Shown here piece after piece: positions 25,624-38,020 of a DNA stretch of 64,000 nucleotides (its first letter is position 1; the number at the start of each line of letters is the position of its first letter). The translations under genes and the position numbers were made by a program. The stretch spans positions 5,843,779 through 5,907,778 of the forward strand of contig MU058198.1 of assembly GCA_013265495.1 (NCBI GenBank). Reading direction: 5' to 3'. The stretch is from Vicugna vicugna (Eukaryota). The notes below the pieces were generated by a model. The model was not told where the DNA came from. It saw nothing but the letters and a program-made list of their open reading frames with translations, and made no database searches.

Positions 25624-27149
25624 GTAAGTCACCCCCTCTCACCCATTTCCTCCTTCCCTCATTCTGCAACCCAACCTTGATTGACTGTTTACACACCAGA
25701 CTCCCGGGATCATCAGAGAACCAAGCAAAGATCCCTGGCCTCGAAGAGATTACATGATAATTAGTGGGAGAGGACAGCCAGTAACAAGTGGTCCTAATAT
25801 TAAGGAAATTCTAAAGGTCCTGAGAAGGTGATGGCAAAAGATGAAATAGAACAGAGTGGGGAGGATTAGGAAAGCTGGGTGGAATAGGAGGACGGCAATT
25901 AAAAGTACGTGCTCAGGGAAGTCCTCATCAAGTCACAAGTGAGCGAAGATGTGAAGGATGCGGGGAGCCAGGCAGATATTCGAGGGAGGAGTTTTCTCAG
26001 TGGAGACCCTGAGCCCAGAGCCTGCCTGAATGTTGGAGGGACCAGAGGAGACACGAGGGGGTGAGATGCGGCAGGAGGAGGGAAGAGATGGAGATGGCAA
26101 AGTACCAGGAGGACCAAGCCAAGAGTCTGAGCACGATCTGTGACACTACAAAGGATCCCTCTGGCTGTAGCACAGGGGCAGAAGCTGGGGGTGTGGAGGG
26201 GCTCAGGGAGGAGGTGCCACATTAAGCCAGGGGGCCTGGGACCCACAGAGGAGATGAGAAGGAACTGGTTTTTGGATCTGTCTGGAAGGTGGATTTGAAG
26301 ACAGAGTGGAACTGAGGTGAGGGAGAGAGAGGTGGCAAGGCTGACCCCGATATTTCTGACCTGAGCTGCTGGCAAGAACACAAATATCGTTTCTGAGATG
26401 CAGAGGAACATGTGTTTTTGGCAGGTGGGGAATCAGGAGGTAGTTTTGGACATGAGGTGAGTCTGAGATATTTATGAGACATCTAAGAGCCTCCTTAATA
26501 TGGTAAGTCGTTTATCCAGGGAACAAGTGCAAATTGCTGTGAGCTGTGTGGGGCCTGGTGCTGAGCACGGAGCGGGAAGGCATCTGCCGGTCAGGTGCAG
26601 GCTGTCTAGGGCTAGGGCCATGGCTCCCAGACCAGGCAGCAAACCCAGTGTACATCTGGCTGGGTTCAGATCCCGGCTCTGCCCCTGGCTCGCTGGAAGA
26701 AGTTCCTCAGCCTCTCATCCTGCCCTTCAATATTGGGCAAAGCCAGGGGACAAGAGCACCTGGTGACAGGGCCATGGGGGTCACCCTCCTGAGCACAGAG
26801 AGGGATGGAGAATCGATGGGGGCAGGGAGGGGTCGGTGGAAGACAGTGCCTCCCCCAGCTCACGCCATGGGGGGAGGTAGCTGAGTTTACATACGATAAA
26901 GGTGCATTTGCTCTGTCCCCGCTGATGGACCCTGTCCCAAGGGAATTGCTTCAGGGGCAGGAATCACCGCAGTGCCAGCTGGGAAGCTCCCGGAGCCCCA
27001 GTCCCAGCCCCCTGCTCTCTGAGGACTGTGCCTGGGACTGTGGTTTCGTTCTTTTGTGATGGGCTCCTTGGTCCTGTTTGGGCTGGTTTCTGACCCCTCC
27101 CTTTAGACATCAGGCTTCATCTGCTCAGAAGGCTCCCGTGTCTCCCCAG

Positions 27150-27288
27150 GGAGTGTTAAGATGCGCCAGGGGCCCACCTGCCTGACCGACTACATCAGCA
27201 CCTCCACCTGTGAGTGGGAGATGGCCGGGCCCACCAACTGCAGCGCCGAGCTCCGCCTGACCTACCAGCTGAATTTTATCTTCTCTGA
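27150..27288 (+). CDS. IL4R: IL4R coding exon 2: FnIII D1, (G)SVKMRQGPTCLTDYISTSTCEWEMAGPTNCSAELRLTYQLNFIFS(E)
   Basis: Acceptor CCCCAG|G and donor GA|GTAAG; 139 nt; cytokine-receptor C-x9-C-x-W pattern. Confidence 0.96.
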
Positions 27289-27550
27289 GTAAGCCGGTGC
27301 TGGAGCTGGGAGTTTGGGGAGGTTTGCCCCGGAGTTTGCCTGGTCCGGGTGGTGCCTTGGAGCGCGGGGTGCTAAGCAGTTCTCTGGGCTTACTGGGCAT
27401 GAGAGGTGAGGAGCCCTGGGTCGCAGCGTGTGTCAGACCAGCGCATGTGTCCCAGGGTTCCCAGTGCATTGTCACCGAGGCATGTGGCACGTGCTTATGG
27501 GTGGAATTCTGGACTAGGCCAGTGGCTCTCAAACTTCAGGACTCTTTTAT

Positions 27551-27670
27551 TTTTGGCAGGGGGAGGTAATTAGGTTTATTTATTTATTTTTAGAGGAGGT
27601 GTCAGGAATTGAACCCAGGACCTTGTACATGCTAAGCATGCACTCTACCACTTGAGCTATACCGTCCCCG
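27551..27670 (-). mobile_element. tRNA-derived SINE (camelid vic-1-like), nested in a DNA transposon fossil
   Basis: The minus strand has an A box (TAGCTCAAGTGG), a B box (GGTTCAATTCC) and an AAATAAACCTAATTACCTCCCCC tail. Confidence 0.85.
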
Positions 27671-28088
27671 CTTGGGTCTCAGGACCCCAAAAGCTTTAGG
27701 CTGGGTAGCTTCTATCGATCCGTGTTTACCCTGTTGGAAATTAAAACAGAAACTTGAAATCACAGCAGCACACAAGTCCACATTTCAAGAGACCATCAGA
27801 GCAATGATGTCATCACACATCATGTAGCCTCTGAAAAAGTCCACTGTACGCTTGTGAGAGAAAGAGGGTGAAAATGGCAACCAGTGTCTGAGGATTGTTA
27901 TGAAAGCAGTTTGACCCAGTGGAACCCCAGACCACAGGTTGAGAACCCCTGGGCTAGACTGTTGTTTTGGGGTCTGGAGTTAGCGGTGGAGTTGGCTGTG
28001 TTAGCTGGCGGACCGTGGAACTTGGGATACGTGTTTCCATTTACTAAGGTGGATGAGCTGTGCTTCTGTATGTGGTATATTAGCCTAG

Positions 28089-28311
28089 ACCAGGGAGCTG
28101 CACACTGGCCCATGGGTCACATCTGGCCCACCGCCTGTTTTTGTAAATAAAGTTTTATTGACATACAGCCATGCCCATTTGTTTGCGTCTTATGGCAGGG
28201 GCTTCTGTGCTGTATCAGCAGAGTCGTGTAGTTGGGACAGAAAGGGGATGGCCCTCAAAGCCCAAAATATTTACTATCTGGCCCATTACAGAAAATGTTT
28301 GCCGACCTCTG
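28089..28311 (+). mobile_element. MER58A-like hAT transposon fossil
   Basis: TCTGGCCCACCGCCTGTTTTTGTAAATAAAGTTTTATTG...AAAATATTTACTATCTGGCCC.TTACAGAAAA.GTTTGCCGACC. Confidence 0.8.
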
Positions 28312-28724
28312 GCCCAGCCTGTGGGTTAGGCTGGGGGATACAGGGAATATGCCTGCCAAGGTATGTATGCTGGGCTAAACTGTGTTACCAGGGGTGTGCT
28401 GAGACACACATATGTTGTTACAAGTTCTTTCATGCCGTGGGTTCTTCTTTGTCACTGGCTTTCAGGGTCCAAGGCTGGGGCTGGGGGTGGATAAGAGTCC
28501 ATGGCGGGTGTGGTAAGGGGCTGAGGCCTGCAGGAAGATGGTCCCAGGCCAGTGTCCCCTCTACATCCTGGCCGCTCTGCTCCCAAGTCCCCAGATCTGG
28601 TCCTTAAGGCGGGGTGACCAGGAAGCTGAAAGAGCTCGTGGTCCCTTGAGGCATGTCCCAAGTACAGGGGCGGGTAATACCTGTGAGTCTTATGACCAGC
28701 CTAATGCAACATCTGTGTCTGCAG

Positions 28725-28876
28725 AAACCACACATGTGTCCCCGAGAACAGAGACAGCACGGTGTGCGCGTGTGATATGCTGATGGATAGTGTGGTCAGT
28801 GAGGACACCTATCAGCTGGACCTGTGGGCAGGGAAGCAGCTGCTGTGGACTGCCTCCTTCAAGCCCAGCGAGCACG
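28725..28876 (+). CDS. IL4R: IL4R coding exon 3: NHTCVPENRDSTVCACDMLMDSVVSEDTYQLDLWAGKQLLWTASFKPSEH
   Basis: Acceptor CTGCAG|A and donor G|GTGAG; 152 nt; in phase with both neighbours. Confidence 0.96.
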
Positions 28877-30038
28877 GTGAGCAGGGCAGGGTGGGGCTGC
28901 AGGTGTTCCCGCAGCAGCCCGGCTCCGGGACAGGGGAGGCAGGCTCTGTGTGGGAGAGGGGCGCTCCAAGCAGCCTCCTCCCTTTTCCCAGACCTGATGG
29001 GGTTCTGGCCTCTTTCTGGGCCTCAGTCCTCCCATCTTTGAAATGGAGTTGAGCTCAGCAGTACATCAGGCCCCCTTCTGTTCAGATATTTCAACCCCTG
29101 AATTTAAGAGCCCAGATCGGGGTGTTGAATGAGATGTGTTTGGGGGAAGGCATGCTTGCTGCAGATCAAAAGCTGAACTAGGAACCATCTTCCACCCTGT
29201 CACCTGGTCAGCTGCTGCTTCTTCAGTCTGGACTGTGAAAGGCTGACCTTATCACCCTGGTACCCAGAGTTCCTGCAGGAAGTCCTCAAGAGCTTGCTGG
29301 GGTGTAGTGACAGGAGTTTAAAACACCACTTATTGCTCTGTGACCTTGGGCAAGTCACATTACCTCTCTGAGCCTTAGTTTCCAGAAGAGAGTTGTTATC
29401 TCTGCTTTACAGTTGAGTAAACTGTGGTTCAGAGAAGGCAAGTAACCTGCCTAAGTTCACACAGCTACTAAAGCCGCAGAGACAGTACCTCACAGAGCTC
29501 AGTCTTCACGCTCCATCAGCAATTCCTGAGCAACCTACTCATCTGCTGGGGGTCCGGGAATGATTTAAACCAACCCATGGACAAACCCATGAATTAAATA
29601 ATTTGTACATGTGTATGTTGATTTTAAGGGACATTATATACCTGTGGTCTCATGGATTCAGTGCTTAAAAAGAGACTTAAGTTTTAAAGCAGATGAATCG
29701 AAATAAAGAAAAATACTTAGTAAATAATAATATAGTACACAGAGGTGGCCAAAAGTGTGGAGAATGAAAGTGGAAAAGCCAACATTTGGATGACTTGGCT
29801 CAGAAATTTTTGCATTCACTGCAGAAAGGTAGTGAATAACCACTAAAGTGCCAGGTAGGATTTTAGCAACATCACAATCCATATTATTGTAGTAATTCTC
29901 TGTCGTAACTAAATCTGTGTGGTGTCCCATCAACGGAGGTGTTATTGACTAAAAATCTGAATGGTCTGCGGGCCGGGCGGAGCCAGGCATCCTCCTGATG
30001 CCCGGGCCAGCCCCTCACCAGGCTCTGCTCCTCTGCAG

Positions 30039-30190
30039 TGAAACCCCGGGCACCCGGAAACCTCACAGTTCACGCCAACGTCTCCCACACGTGGCTGCTG
30101 ACGTGGAGCAACCCGTATCCTCCTGAGAGTCACCTGTACTCTGAGATCACCTACCTGGTCAACGTCTCCAATGAGAATGACCCCAAGGAT
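30039..30190 (+). CDS. IL4R: IL4R coding exon 4: FnIII D2, (V)KPRAPGNLTVHANVSHTWLLTWSNPYPPESHLYSEITYLVNVSNENDPKD
   Basis: Acceptor CTGCAG|TG and donor GAT|GTGAGT; 152 nt. Confidence 0.96.
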
Positions 30191-33100
30191 GTGAGTGGGC
30201 ACCCTGTGGGGTTTCTCCATGACCTCCTGGGACTCGGGTCTGGGGTGGGAGATGGGGAGGACAGCCTTGGGCTGGACAGCAAACCCTGAGGACCCAGGCC
30301 CCTGGCTTTTACCCTAACTCTGTGGCAGGACCAGTCCCTCTGGGCCCCTGACTCCTGGTGTGCAGACAAGGCAGGTTATTTCCGGGCACTGCTCCTCTTC
30401 TATAAAGGAAGAGCTCTGGACCACATCTGTTTCCAATGGGGTGGGACACGGGATTTTAGGTGATCCCTCGGCAACACACTTGAATGACTGAGTCCCACAG
30501 TGAGACAGTTACTCCCCATCAGCTCCCTCTAGACCCTGACTGTCCAGGGAGACATCTCAGCTGAGCTATGGGTTTACTAATCCTTTTTAACGGAAGAGGA
30601 GGCCGCACAGCTCCGTGCCGTCCCCAGGAGAACGAGTTCAGCCATGATATAATGCTGTTGTGTGGTTCTGATTGCATTTACTTTATGTGATGCTCATGGC
30701 ATCCGATACTTGCTTTCTAGTCAGCGCAGTAGTAGCGAGGTTCCTTTTAAAATGACTGTACTGACATTTTTAAAGAGGGACAGCTGATTTTAAGGAAGCT
30801 ATCAAGTAAATAATCGCAGGGGCTACACAATGGATGGCTTGCCCCCTGCCCTGCCCATTTTAGGTGCAGGTGGGAGTGAAGGCTGTTTCCTGCTACCCAT
30901 GTTTTCCCCTCAGATATTCCCATTGCAGGGACAACATCTGAACACTGTTGTGTTCAGGGGCCCTGGTGTCCCACAGAGCCGGGTTCCAATGCCTGACCTG
31001 CCACTTGCCCACTGCATGGCCTTCAGTCTGTCACTTAACCACCTCTTGCCTCAGTTTCTCCATCTGTAACACAGCAATACACTACTACCTACTCCGTAGG
31101 GCTGCTGAGAGCAGGAAATGTGTGACACAGACAGGCTGCCCTGCCTGGCACAAAGAACGTCATAAACATCACCCTCCTTTCTTCCTGAGTACCACAGACC
31201 TCGAAATCCCGTCTGCCTCGCCCTCCCACACCATAGTCTCTAACTCGCTCTGTCAGCGTTGCTGGGGGTCTGCTGGGAGCCCTGCCTCGTGTCCTGGGAC
31301 CCAGGCTGGCCTGGCCCCAGCTGCCAGGGAGCAGGCCCCAGACACCTTAAACTGTCATATCAGCTCCTATCCCTGCATCCTCTCTTCCTGGCCAAGCTGG
31401 GGAAGTGGTGGGTGTTGATTTGCATCCCTGGGGTGTGGTTTTCCCCTTGGGCACAGGACCAGGATGTGGGATGGGAGCAGGAGTGGGGCATCTGGGCTCC
31501 CACAGCAGAGGCTCAGTGCAGCCTGGGAAGGGGCTTGCACAGATGCCAAGGAAAGAGGCAGGTTCTGTTTGGTCAGTGAATCCCTTTCCCTTTCCTGGGC
31601 CCATGCAGGCTTAGCCCAGGGGCCAGGCTAGAGGGAGAGAAGGGTACAATCTATAGGGTTCGAAGAAATGCCATTCATTTGCTTATCTTGGCTGAATCCA
31701 GGTTCAAGGAATCTCCATCTCTTGGCCTTGCTTTACTCTGTGTTGGTTTCATTTTTAGGCAGGCTGTTCCCTAAAGTCGGGGCCAATACGCCCCTTAGCA
31801 GCTCCAGGCCTGCATCTTTAAGCCACAGTGGGAAAAGGTCTTCTTTCCAGATAATCCCAACAAAATGATCTTGCGGGCAATGATCAGCTGCCTGGCTGGG
31901 ATCACATGCCAATCTCTGAACCTATCACAAGCAGGGGTGGGGGGCAGGAGAGAGGGTGCTGGCCTCATTGGCCAGAGGCAAGTCAGTGCCCACTTCTGGA
32001 GCTGCGGGTGGGATCAGCTCCACCCATACCAGAAGGGCTGAGAATGAGGGAGGGGTGGTTCCCCAGAGGAAGTTCTGGAGAAGAGGAAACGAGGGCTGGG
32101 CTGCCTGAGACACAGCTGGGGTTAGGACCTGGCATCAGACTCCAGCCAGTAGATAGAATTGATCAGTGTGCCCAGGCTACGGCTTAGCGGTCACACAGGT
32201 GTTCAGGGCTGCCCTGGGCCTCAGAATTCCAGGTCTGGCTTCTCTTGCTGGTGGGGGAGAGGCTACTGAGATACCCTCTCCCAACCCTCCTTCTCAAGGA
32301 CAGAACTGAGCCTGAAGAATTCCCCTCATTAGTCACAGGCCAGAGATGATCACATGCTCCTCTCTAACCAGTCGCAGGCTGGGGATGGAATAGCCACGAC
32401 TGGTTTAAACCAATGAGGATTGGAGCTGGAGACAGAAACTTACCTGCCCTGAGCTTTAGGTCCCTGATCCCAGTGGTGCGGATGCTGGGTGGGTATCCCA
32501 CCACGTTTGCTACAGTATTGCAGGCACCAGCTGTGGCTCAGACTGGTTGGGATCAATTCTAAGAAGGGATATTAGAAACTTGCTGTGAAATTGGGGGATG
32601 GAGCTATTCATTGTCCTAGATGACTCCTGGATAAGGTTTCGTAACAGAAGTGGAGTTTCGGCTTGGGCACTGAAGGGCGTACAGGAGTTTTCTAGCTAGG
32701 GAAGGGGAGGCCAGGCAGAGGGAGCTACACGAGCATAGGCTTAGAGGTATGAAAATTCATGGCATATCATGGGGACTGAGGGATAGGGCAGAAAGAGAGG
32801 CCACCAGCCTGTGCAGGGCCACAAATGCCGTGCTCACGATCATAATGGTTACCACCTCTTGGGAGCCTATTGTGTGCCAGGCACAGCATGTATGATCACC
32901 AGTGGCTGTGAAAGCCCCGCAGGTGGGAGGGGGTTCATCTCTCTGTTTTAGTGGCGAGGACACTGAGGCTTGGAGAGGCGGACGCGACTCACCCAGGGTC
33001 CCATAGTTGGAAACGGCCGAGCTGCGGTTGGGAGCCAGGATTTGAACTTCAGAGCCTGTCCTGTTTCTCCTTCCCTGGATCTTTCTCTCAGAATGGTCTT

Positions 33101-33638
33101 CCGAACACTTAGCCTTTCAGTAAAAAAACAAACCAACCACAACTAGCTCCCTGGAAGCTCAATTTCTTTTGTGTTTCTTAGTAAAAGGGTTTCCCAGTTC
33201 CCCTCTCCTCTCCGGGGTCTATGATTCTTTCCGTGGACTAGATCGAGCTGCTGTTTCCTGTTTTCTGAGATTTAGAAGAAAAGGAACACTGACAGTGAGA
33301 ATGTCTTTCTCTCCCTGCCCTGGTCTCCTCCGGCCACTCCTAACACACCCCAGCTCCACTGGAAAGTTCCAGCTGCCTCCAGTTTCTCCAGCAACCTGTT
33401 GGGACTTTGTTTCCTCATTGTGCAAAACCTCCCGTCAGCTCACTTTACACCAGACCATTTCCCCCAAAGGCTTCCAACCTGCCAGTGCTGCCAGGAGCTG
33501 GGAAGGGGCTGCAGGGACCCAAAGAACAGGGGGAGCTCTTAAAACACTGTAGGGGCAGCTGAGAGCAGCAGCCAGGGTGGGAGCCGGGATTCCCCTCCCC
33601 CCATGCCGGTGCACTAACACCTCCCTTTTTTCTATCAG

Positions 33639-33795
33639 TTCAAAATCTATAACGTGACCTACTTGGGGCCCACCCTCCGCATTGCAGCCAGCACCCTAAA
33701 GTCTGGAGCTTCCTACAGTGCACGGGTGAAGGCCTGGGCTCAGAGCTACAACAGCAGCTGGAGCGAGTGGAGTCCCAGCGCCACGTGGCTTAACT
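33639..33795 (+). CDS. IL4R: IL4R coding exon 5: FKIYNVTYLGPTLRIAASTLKSGASYSARVKAWAQSYNSSWSEWSPSATWLN (WSXWS)
   Basis: Polypyrimidine tract plus ATCAG|TTC; donor T|GTGAGT; 157 nt; WSEWS motif. Confidence 0.97.
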
Positions 33796-34076
33796 GTGAG
33801 TATCTGCTCAGAGTCCTGAGCAGTTAAAACCTCTCCTCTCCACGTTTACTCTGTGGCCAGACACCTGGGTTTCCATATTACAGGATTGCCTCTCACTGCA
33901 GTAACAAAATTACGGACTGACATCATGTACTGGTCAGGGTAGAAACGGTAGGCTACAGTAACAAATGAGCCCACAGTTCTGTGGCTCAACACCATAGACG
34001 TGTATTTCTTGCTCCAGTGTGAACTTTGCTGATTTGTGGGTGGTCTTCCTCCCTGTGGTTCCATCATTCTGTAGGA

Positions 34077-34580
34077 CAAAGATTCTTAAGCTTTCTTTAT
34101 CATGGATCCCTTTGGCAGTCCGGTGAAGCCTGTGGACCTCATCTCAGTGTAATATTTTTAAACGTACAAAAGAAAAGGCATAGGATTACAAGGGAAACCT
34201 AATTTTACTTAAATGTGAATATAAAGAGATTCTGAAATACATTTGTTATCTAGGAATATATGCTTTGTGAATTACACATTAACAACAAGATCCAGTGGTA
34301 GTTCTCACAAAGACCGTAATTTCACAGTAGATGAGCATAAATGGTATTTCGTGATACTGCAGCTGTAACGTGAGACAAGAAGAGCTGGGATTTCTGTCGG
34401 GGCCTGAGTGATGCTGCTGTTACTGTGGCTTGCTCCCTCCATTCCTCATGGGAGGAAATGCCAGGCTTCAGAAGTTAGCAAAAATAAAGGTATCATTTCT
34501 TTCCCATCCAAGTTCCCAGAGCCCTGAATTCTAACTGCAACCATGTTGGGGGTCTATGAACCCTAAGTTAAGAATCCCTG
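34077..34580 (+). mobile_element. hAT-Charlie non-autonomous element (MER119-like) with TIRs
   Basis: Termini are CAAAGATTCTTAAG and GTTAAGAATCCCTG. The 8-bp flanks CTGTAGGA and CTCTAGGG look like a decayed TSD. Confidence 0.7.
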
Positions 34581-36437
34581 CTCTAGGGCCCTGCTGTCAT
34601 CTGCATCCAGCCAGCAGGAGGGGAATGAGAGCAGGGAGACCACACCTGCTTCTTAAAAGCCTTAGCCCGGAAGTGATGCCACCATCTCCTCTCAAATTCT
34701 ATTGGTGGAACTGGTCACATGGCCACGCGTAGCTGCAAGGGATTCTAGGAAACACAGTCCTTCACTTGATAGCTGTGTCCCCAGAACAAATCTTGGCAAC
34801 TTTATCACACATGGCTTTTTCCATAGAGATATTGAATTATCTCACATAAAATGAAGTCTTACCAGTGGACCATCCCAGGTTCATACAGCCGCTCGGTGAT
34901 GTCATTCTAGTCTTGTCTTCTTTCCCACTGCCATCCCTAGCATGGTAGTATTTTATTCTTGTGCTTATTGCCTCATGCCCCCAATGTTGTCTACTGCCCA
35001 GATCCTCATGCCCAAGGCCCAAAGCAACTGAAAGTCTGCCACAAGGAGTGTACCCCGTGCAGCTATCTCTTTCATCAGGGAGCAGAAATCTTTCTAGAAG
35101 CTTCCCTGGCAGACTTTCCCTTGCATCTCATCAGCCAGGACTGTCACAGGGCCTCTCCCAACTGCACAGGAGTCTGGGAACTCAAATGTCTGGAAAGGGG
35201 GCCAGGGTAGTCTTGATGGGCCCAAACCTCAGGCTGGGCACTCTGCTGCCTGGCAAAGAAAAGGTGATAGATAGCTGTTGGGTGGAGGGGGCTGCCCTAG
35301 GCATCATCTATCCGATGGGGAGAAAGAGGGCTGTTGTGACCATTCAACGAAAGAAGGATTCTTCAAAGTGCTGGGCACAGTGGCGATTGGCAGTACCACA
35401 CCCCAGCCAATTGCACGTCCCTCTCAGCGCTGCTCAGCCTGTTCCATGGATACCCCTTGACCGTCTGTCTCACTCCGGTCCGCGAGCTCTGTGGGTGGTA
35501 TCTGCTCCGGGTCTGTGTCTCCAGTGCCCAGCACATCGCCAGGCACACAGTAGGTGCTTGGGAAAGTTTTGTCAAATTGATTCAATTCTTCCTTTGGCCT
35601 GGGGAAGGGAAGGGCAGTAGCTTGTACGGAATAGATACCGTAGGTACTCACTCATTATCTCCACAAATATTTATTGAGCTCCTACTACATGCTAGATACT
35701 AGGGGATCAGTGGTGAACAGGAAAGACAAAAGCCCCTGTGCTTGTGGAAACGACATGCCGGAGGGGAGAGAGAGAAAATACACAAGTAAACAAAAATATA
35801 AATGAGCTCTAGATCGGGATGACAGTAAGTTTGGGAAGGAAATAAAGCAGGGGAAGGGAATGGGGTGATGGGAAGGGGCAACAAAAGAGAGGGGGTGAGA
35901 GGGAACTCTGGACCAGACAGCGATCAAGGAGAAGCCGCCAGCTCTGCGAATGGACGTGCAGGCGCTGCTCCGAGTGCGTCATATATTCAAGAGTACAACA
36001 GCCCTGTGAGTTAGTACTGTTATTTGCCCCATTGTACAAATGAGCAAACCATGGCACAGAGAAGGATGAGGGTCTTGTCCTGGGTCACCAGCAAGTCTGT
36101 GAGAGAGTCAGGCTTTGAACTGAGGCTTCTAGTGCCAGAGTCTCTGCACTTGACCTCTATGATTCAGGAAAGAGAAAGCAGCAAGTTCAAGATCCTGAGG
36201 TGGCACTGAGATTTGGAGGAGCAGGGGACAGCAAGGAGTCCTGTGTGGCCAGGGCTCAATGTGCAAGAGGGCGGATGGGGCAGGAGGGCGTGGCGGGGGG
36301 CAGGAGGGCGTGGCGGCGGCCAGCGCACACAGGGTCTTGGAGGACGCCTCCCCGAGGCCTCAGTCTTCAGCTCTGGGAAGTGGAGACCAGGCTGGCCTTA
36401 GCACGATGCAGGCTCACGGCTTCCCTCCCACTTCCAG

Positions 36438-36537
36438 ACTACCAGGAGCCCTTGGAGCAGCGCCTCCCACTGGGCGTTAGCATCTCCTGCGTCATCATCC
36501 TGGCCATCTGCCTGTCCTGCTACTTCAGCATCATCAA
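36438..36537 (+). CDS. IL4R: IL4R coding exon 6: transmembrane, (Y)YQEPLEQRLPLGVSISCVIILAICLSCYFSII(K)
   Basis: Acceptor TTCCAG|AC and donor AA|GTGAGT; 100 nt; hydrophobic helix. Confidence 0.96.
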
Positions 36538-37080
36538 GTGAGTCCTGGGCTTCAGCATGGGGTGCCTCCGAGCCAGCCCCGCAGAGTGCGGAACGGGCAG
36601 GAGGTCTCCCTCTGATCTGTCGGCCTGTGTCTTGGTTCAACGGTAGATATTTATTCAGCAGCTACTATGTGCAAGGCACTGAGACCGGCAGGGACCCAGT
36701 AGGTGTGCAGGGAATGCAAGGTCCCCTCTGCACATCTGTCACTGATGCCTCTGCTTTCCCTGGGCTGGTCTTCCCCCTTTTCTAAGCCTGTTTCCCCATT
36801 GCCTGTCCTCCCCACCCTAACTCACTGTGTTCCAGCTCCAAATTCCTTGCTGTTCTTTGAACACCCCAAGCAAGTTCCTCTGCCCTCTGAGCCTTGGCAT
36901 TCACTGTGTTCTCTGCCTGGAAAGCCTTTTCCCCAGGCATCTTCAGGACCCCCTCCTCCTCCACTTTCAGTCTCCTCTCAGAAGTCACCTCCTTAGGGAG
37001 GCCTTCCTGGATCACACCCTCCATTCCTCTCTCTTCCCTTATTATTTTTAAAATTTTTTTTCTTTTTTAAAAAAATTTAT

Positions 37081-37201
37081 TTGTTGGGAGGTAATTAGAT
37101 TTTATTTAAAAATATTTTTTTTAATGGAGGGACTGGGGATTGAACCCACAGCTTCATATGTGCTAAGCATGTGCTCTACCACTGAGCGATACCCTCCCCT
37201 C
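37081..37201 (-). mobile_element. tRNA-derived SINE (camelid vic-1-like)
   Basis: GGGAGGTAATTAG...GGGGATTGAACCC...TGCTAAGCATGTGCTCTACCACTGAGCGATACCCTCCCC. Confidence 0.85.
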
Positions 37202-37941
37202 CCTCCATTCCCTTATCTTCTTTATTTTTGTCCCTGGCACTTATTGCCAGGAATGAATGATGTCCTATAATCATTTCTGCATCTGTTTGTCTGTCTCCGT
37301 CTTCTAGAAGGTCAGTTCTGTGAGGGCAGGGATTTTTGCCTGTCTTGTTCACTGTGTGACCCTGAGGCCTGGCACAGTGAGTGGTACACAGTAGGTGCTC
37401 AATAAATATGTGTTGACTGATGGAGTGGAGTGGGCGGCGGCTAATCCAGAGCAGGACATTCCCTCCCAGCCCTGACACTGTGACTCCAGGCCGACCCAGG
37501 GAGGGAGAAGGAATTCTCCAGGCTCTCTGGCCATCCTAGGCCTCTCCCTGGCACCTTGTTCTCAGCTGCTCCAGAGCAGAGTTTGTTGAAGGGGAAACTC
37601 AGAATCCTCTCTCTGCAGCTTGAATCTCTCCTAATCCCCTAGGACTCATCCCCCTGGGGCAGAGGCGGCCATGGCAGGAACTCCACCCTGAGTAGCAGAA
37701 TGCTGGTGCTCAAACCCGGCTCTTCTGCTCACCAGCTGTCACTTCACCTCCCTGGGCCTCAGTCTTCTCATCTGTAGAGTGGGGTCAGCAGTGGAACCTG
37801 TTTCATGGGGTTAGAGTGAGACATCCAAAAACCTACCATTGTGACTCCTGATAAGTTTTGGCAACTGTGATCTTTTTTTATGGGAGAAACATCAACCTGT
37901 TAGTGATTCAGGGACCAATACCTCATCCTTTTCTTTTTCAG

Positions 37942-38020
37942 GATTAAGAAGGAATGGTGGGACCAAATTCCCAACCCAGCTCACAGCCCCCTGGTGGCTA
38001 TCGTCATCCAGGATTCTCAG
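37942..38020 (+). CDS. IL4R: IL4R coding exon 7: Box1, IKKEWWDQIPNPAHSPLVAIVIQDSQ
   Basis: Acceptor TTTCAG|G and donor CAG|GTAGG; 79 nt; WxxIPxP JAK-binding Box1. Confidence 0.96.

Noticed and set aside
36200..36437. ORF extending 5' of the transmembrane exon
   Set aside because: It has no ATG start and lies upstream of a clear acceptor, consistent with chance openness in GC-rich intron.
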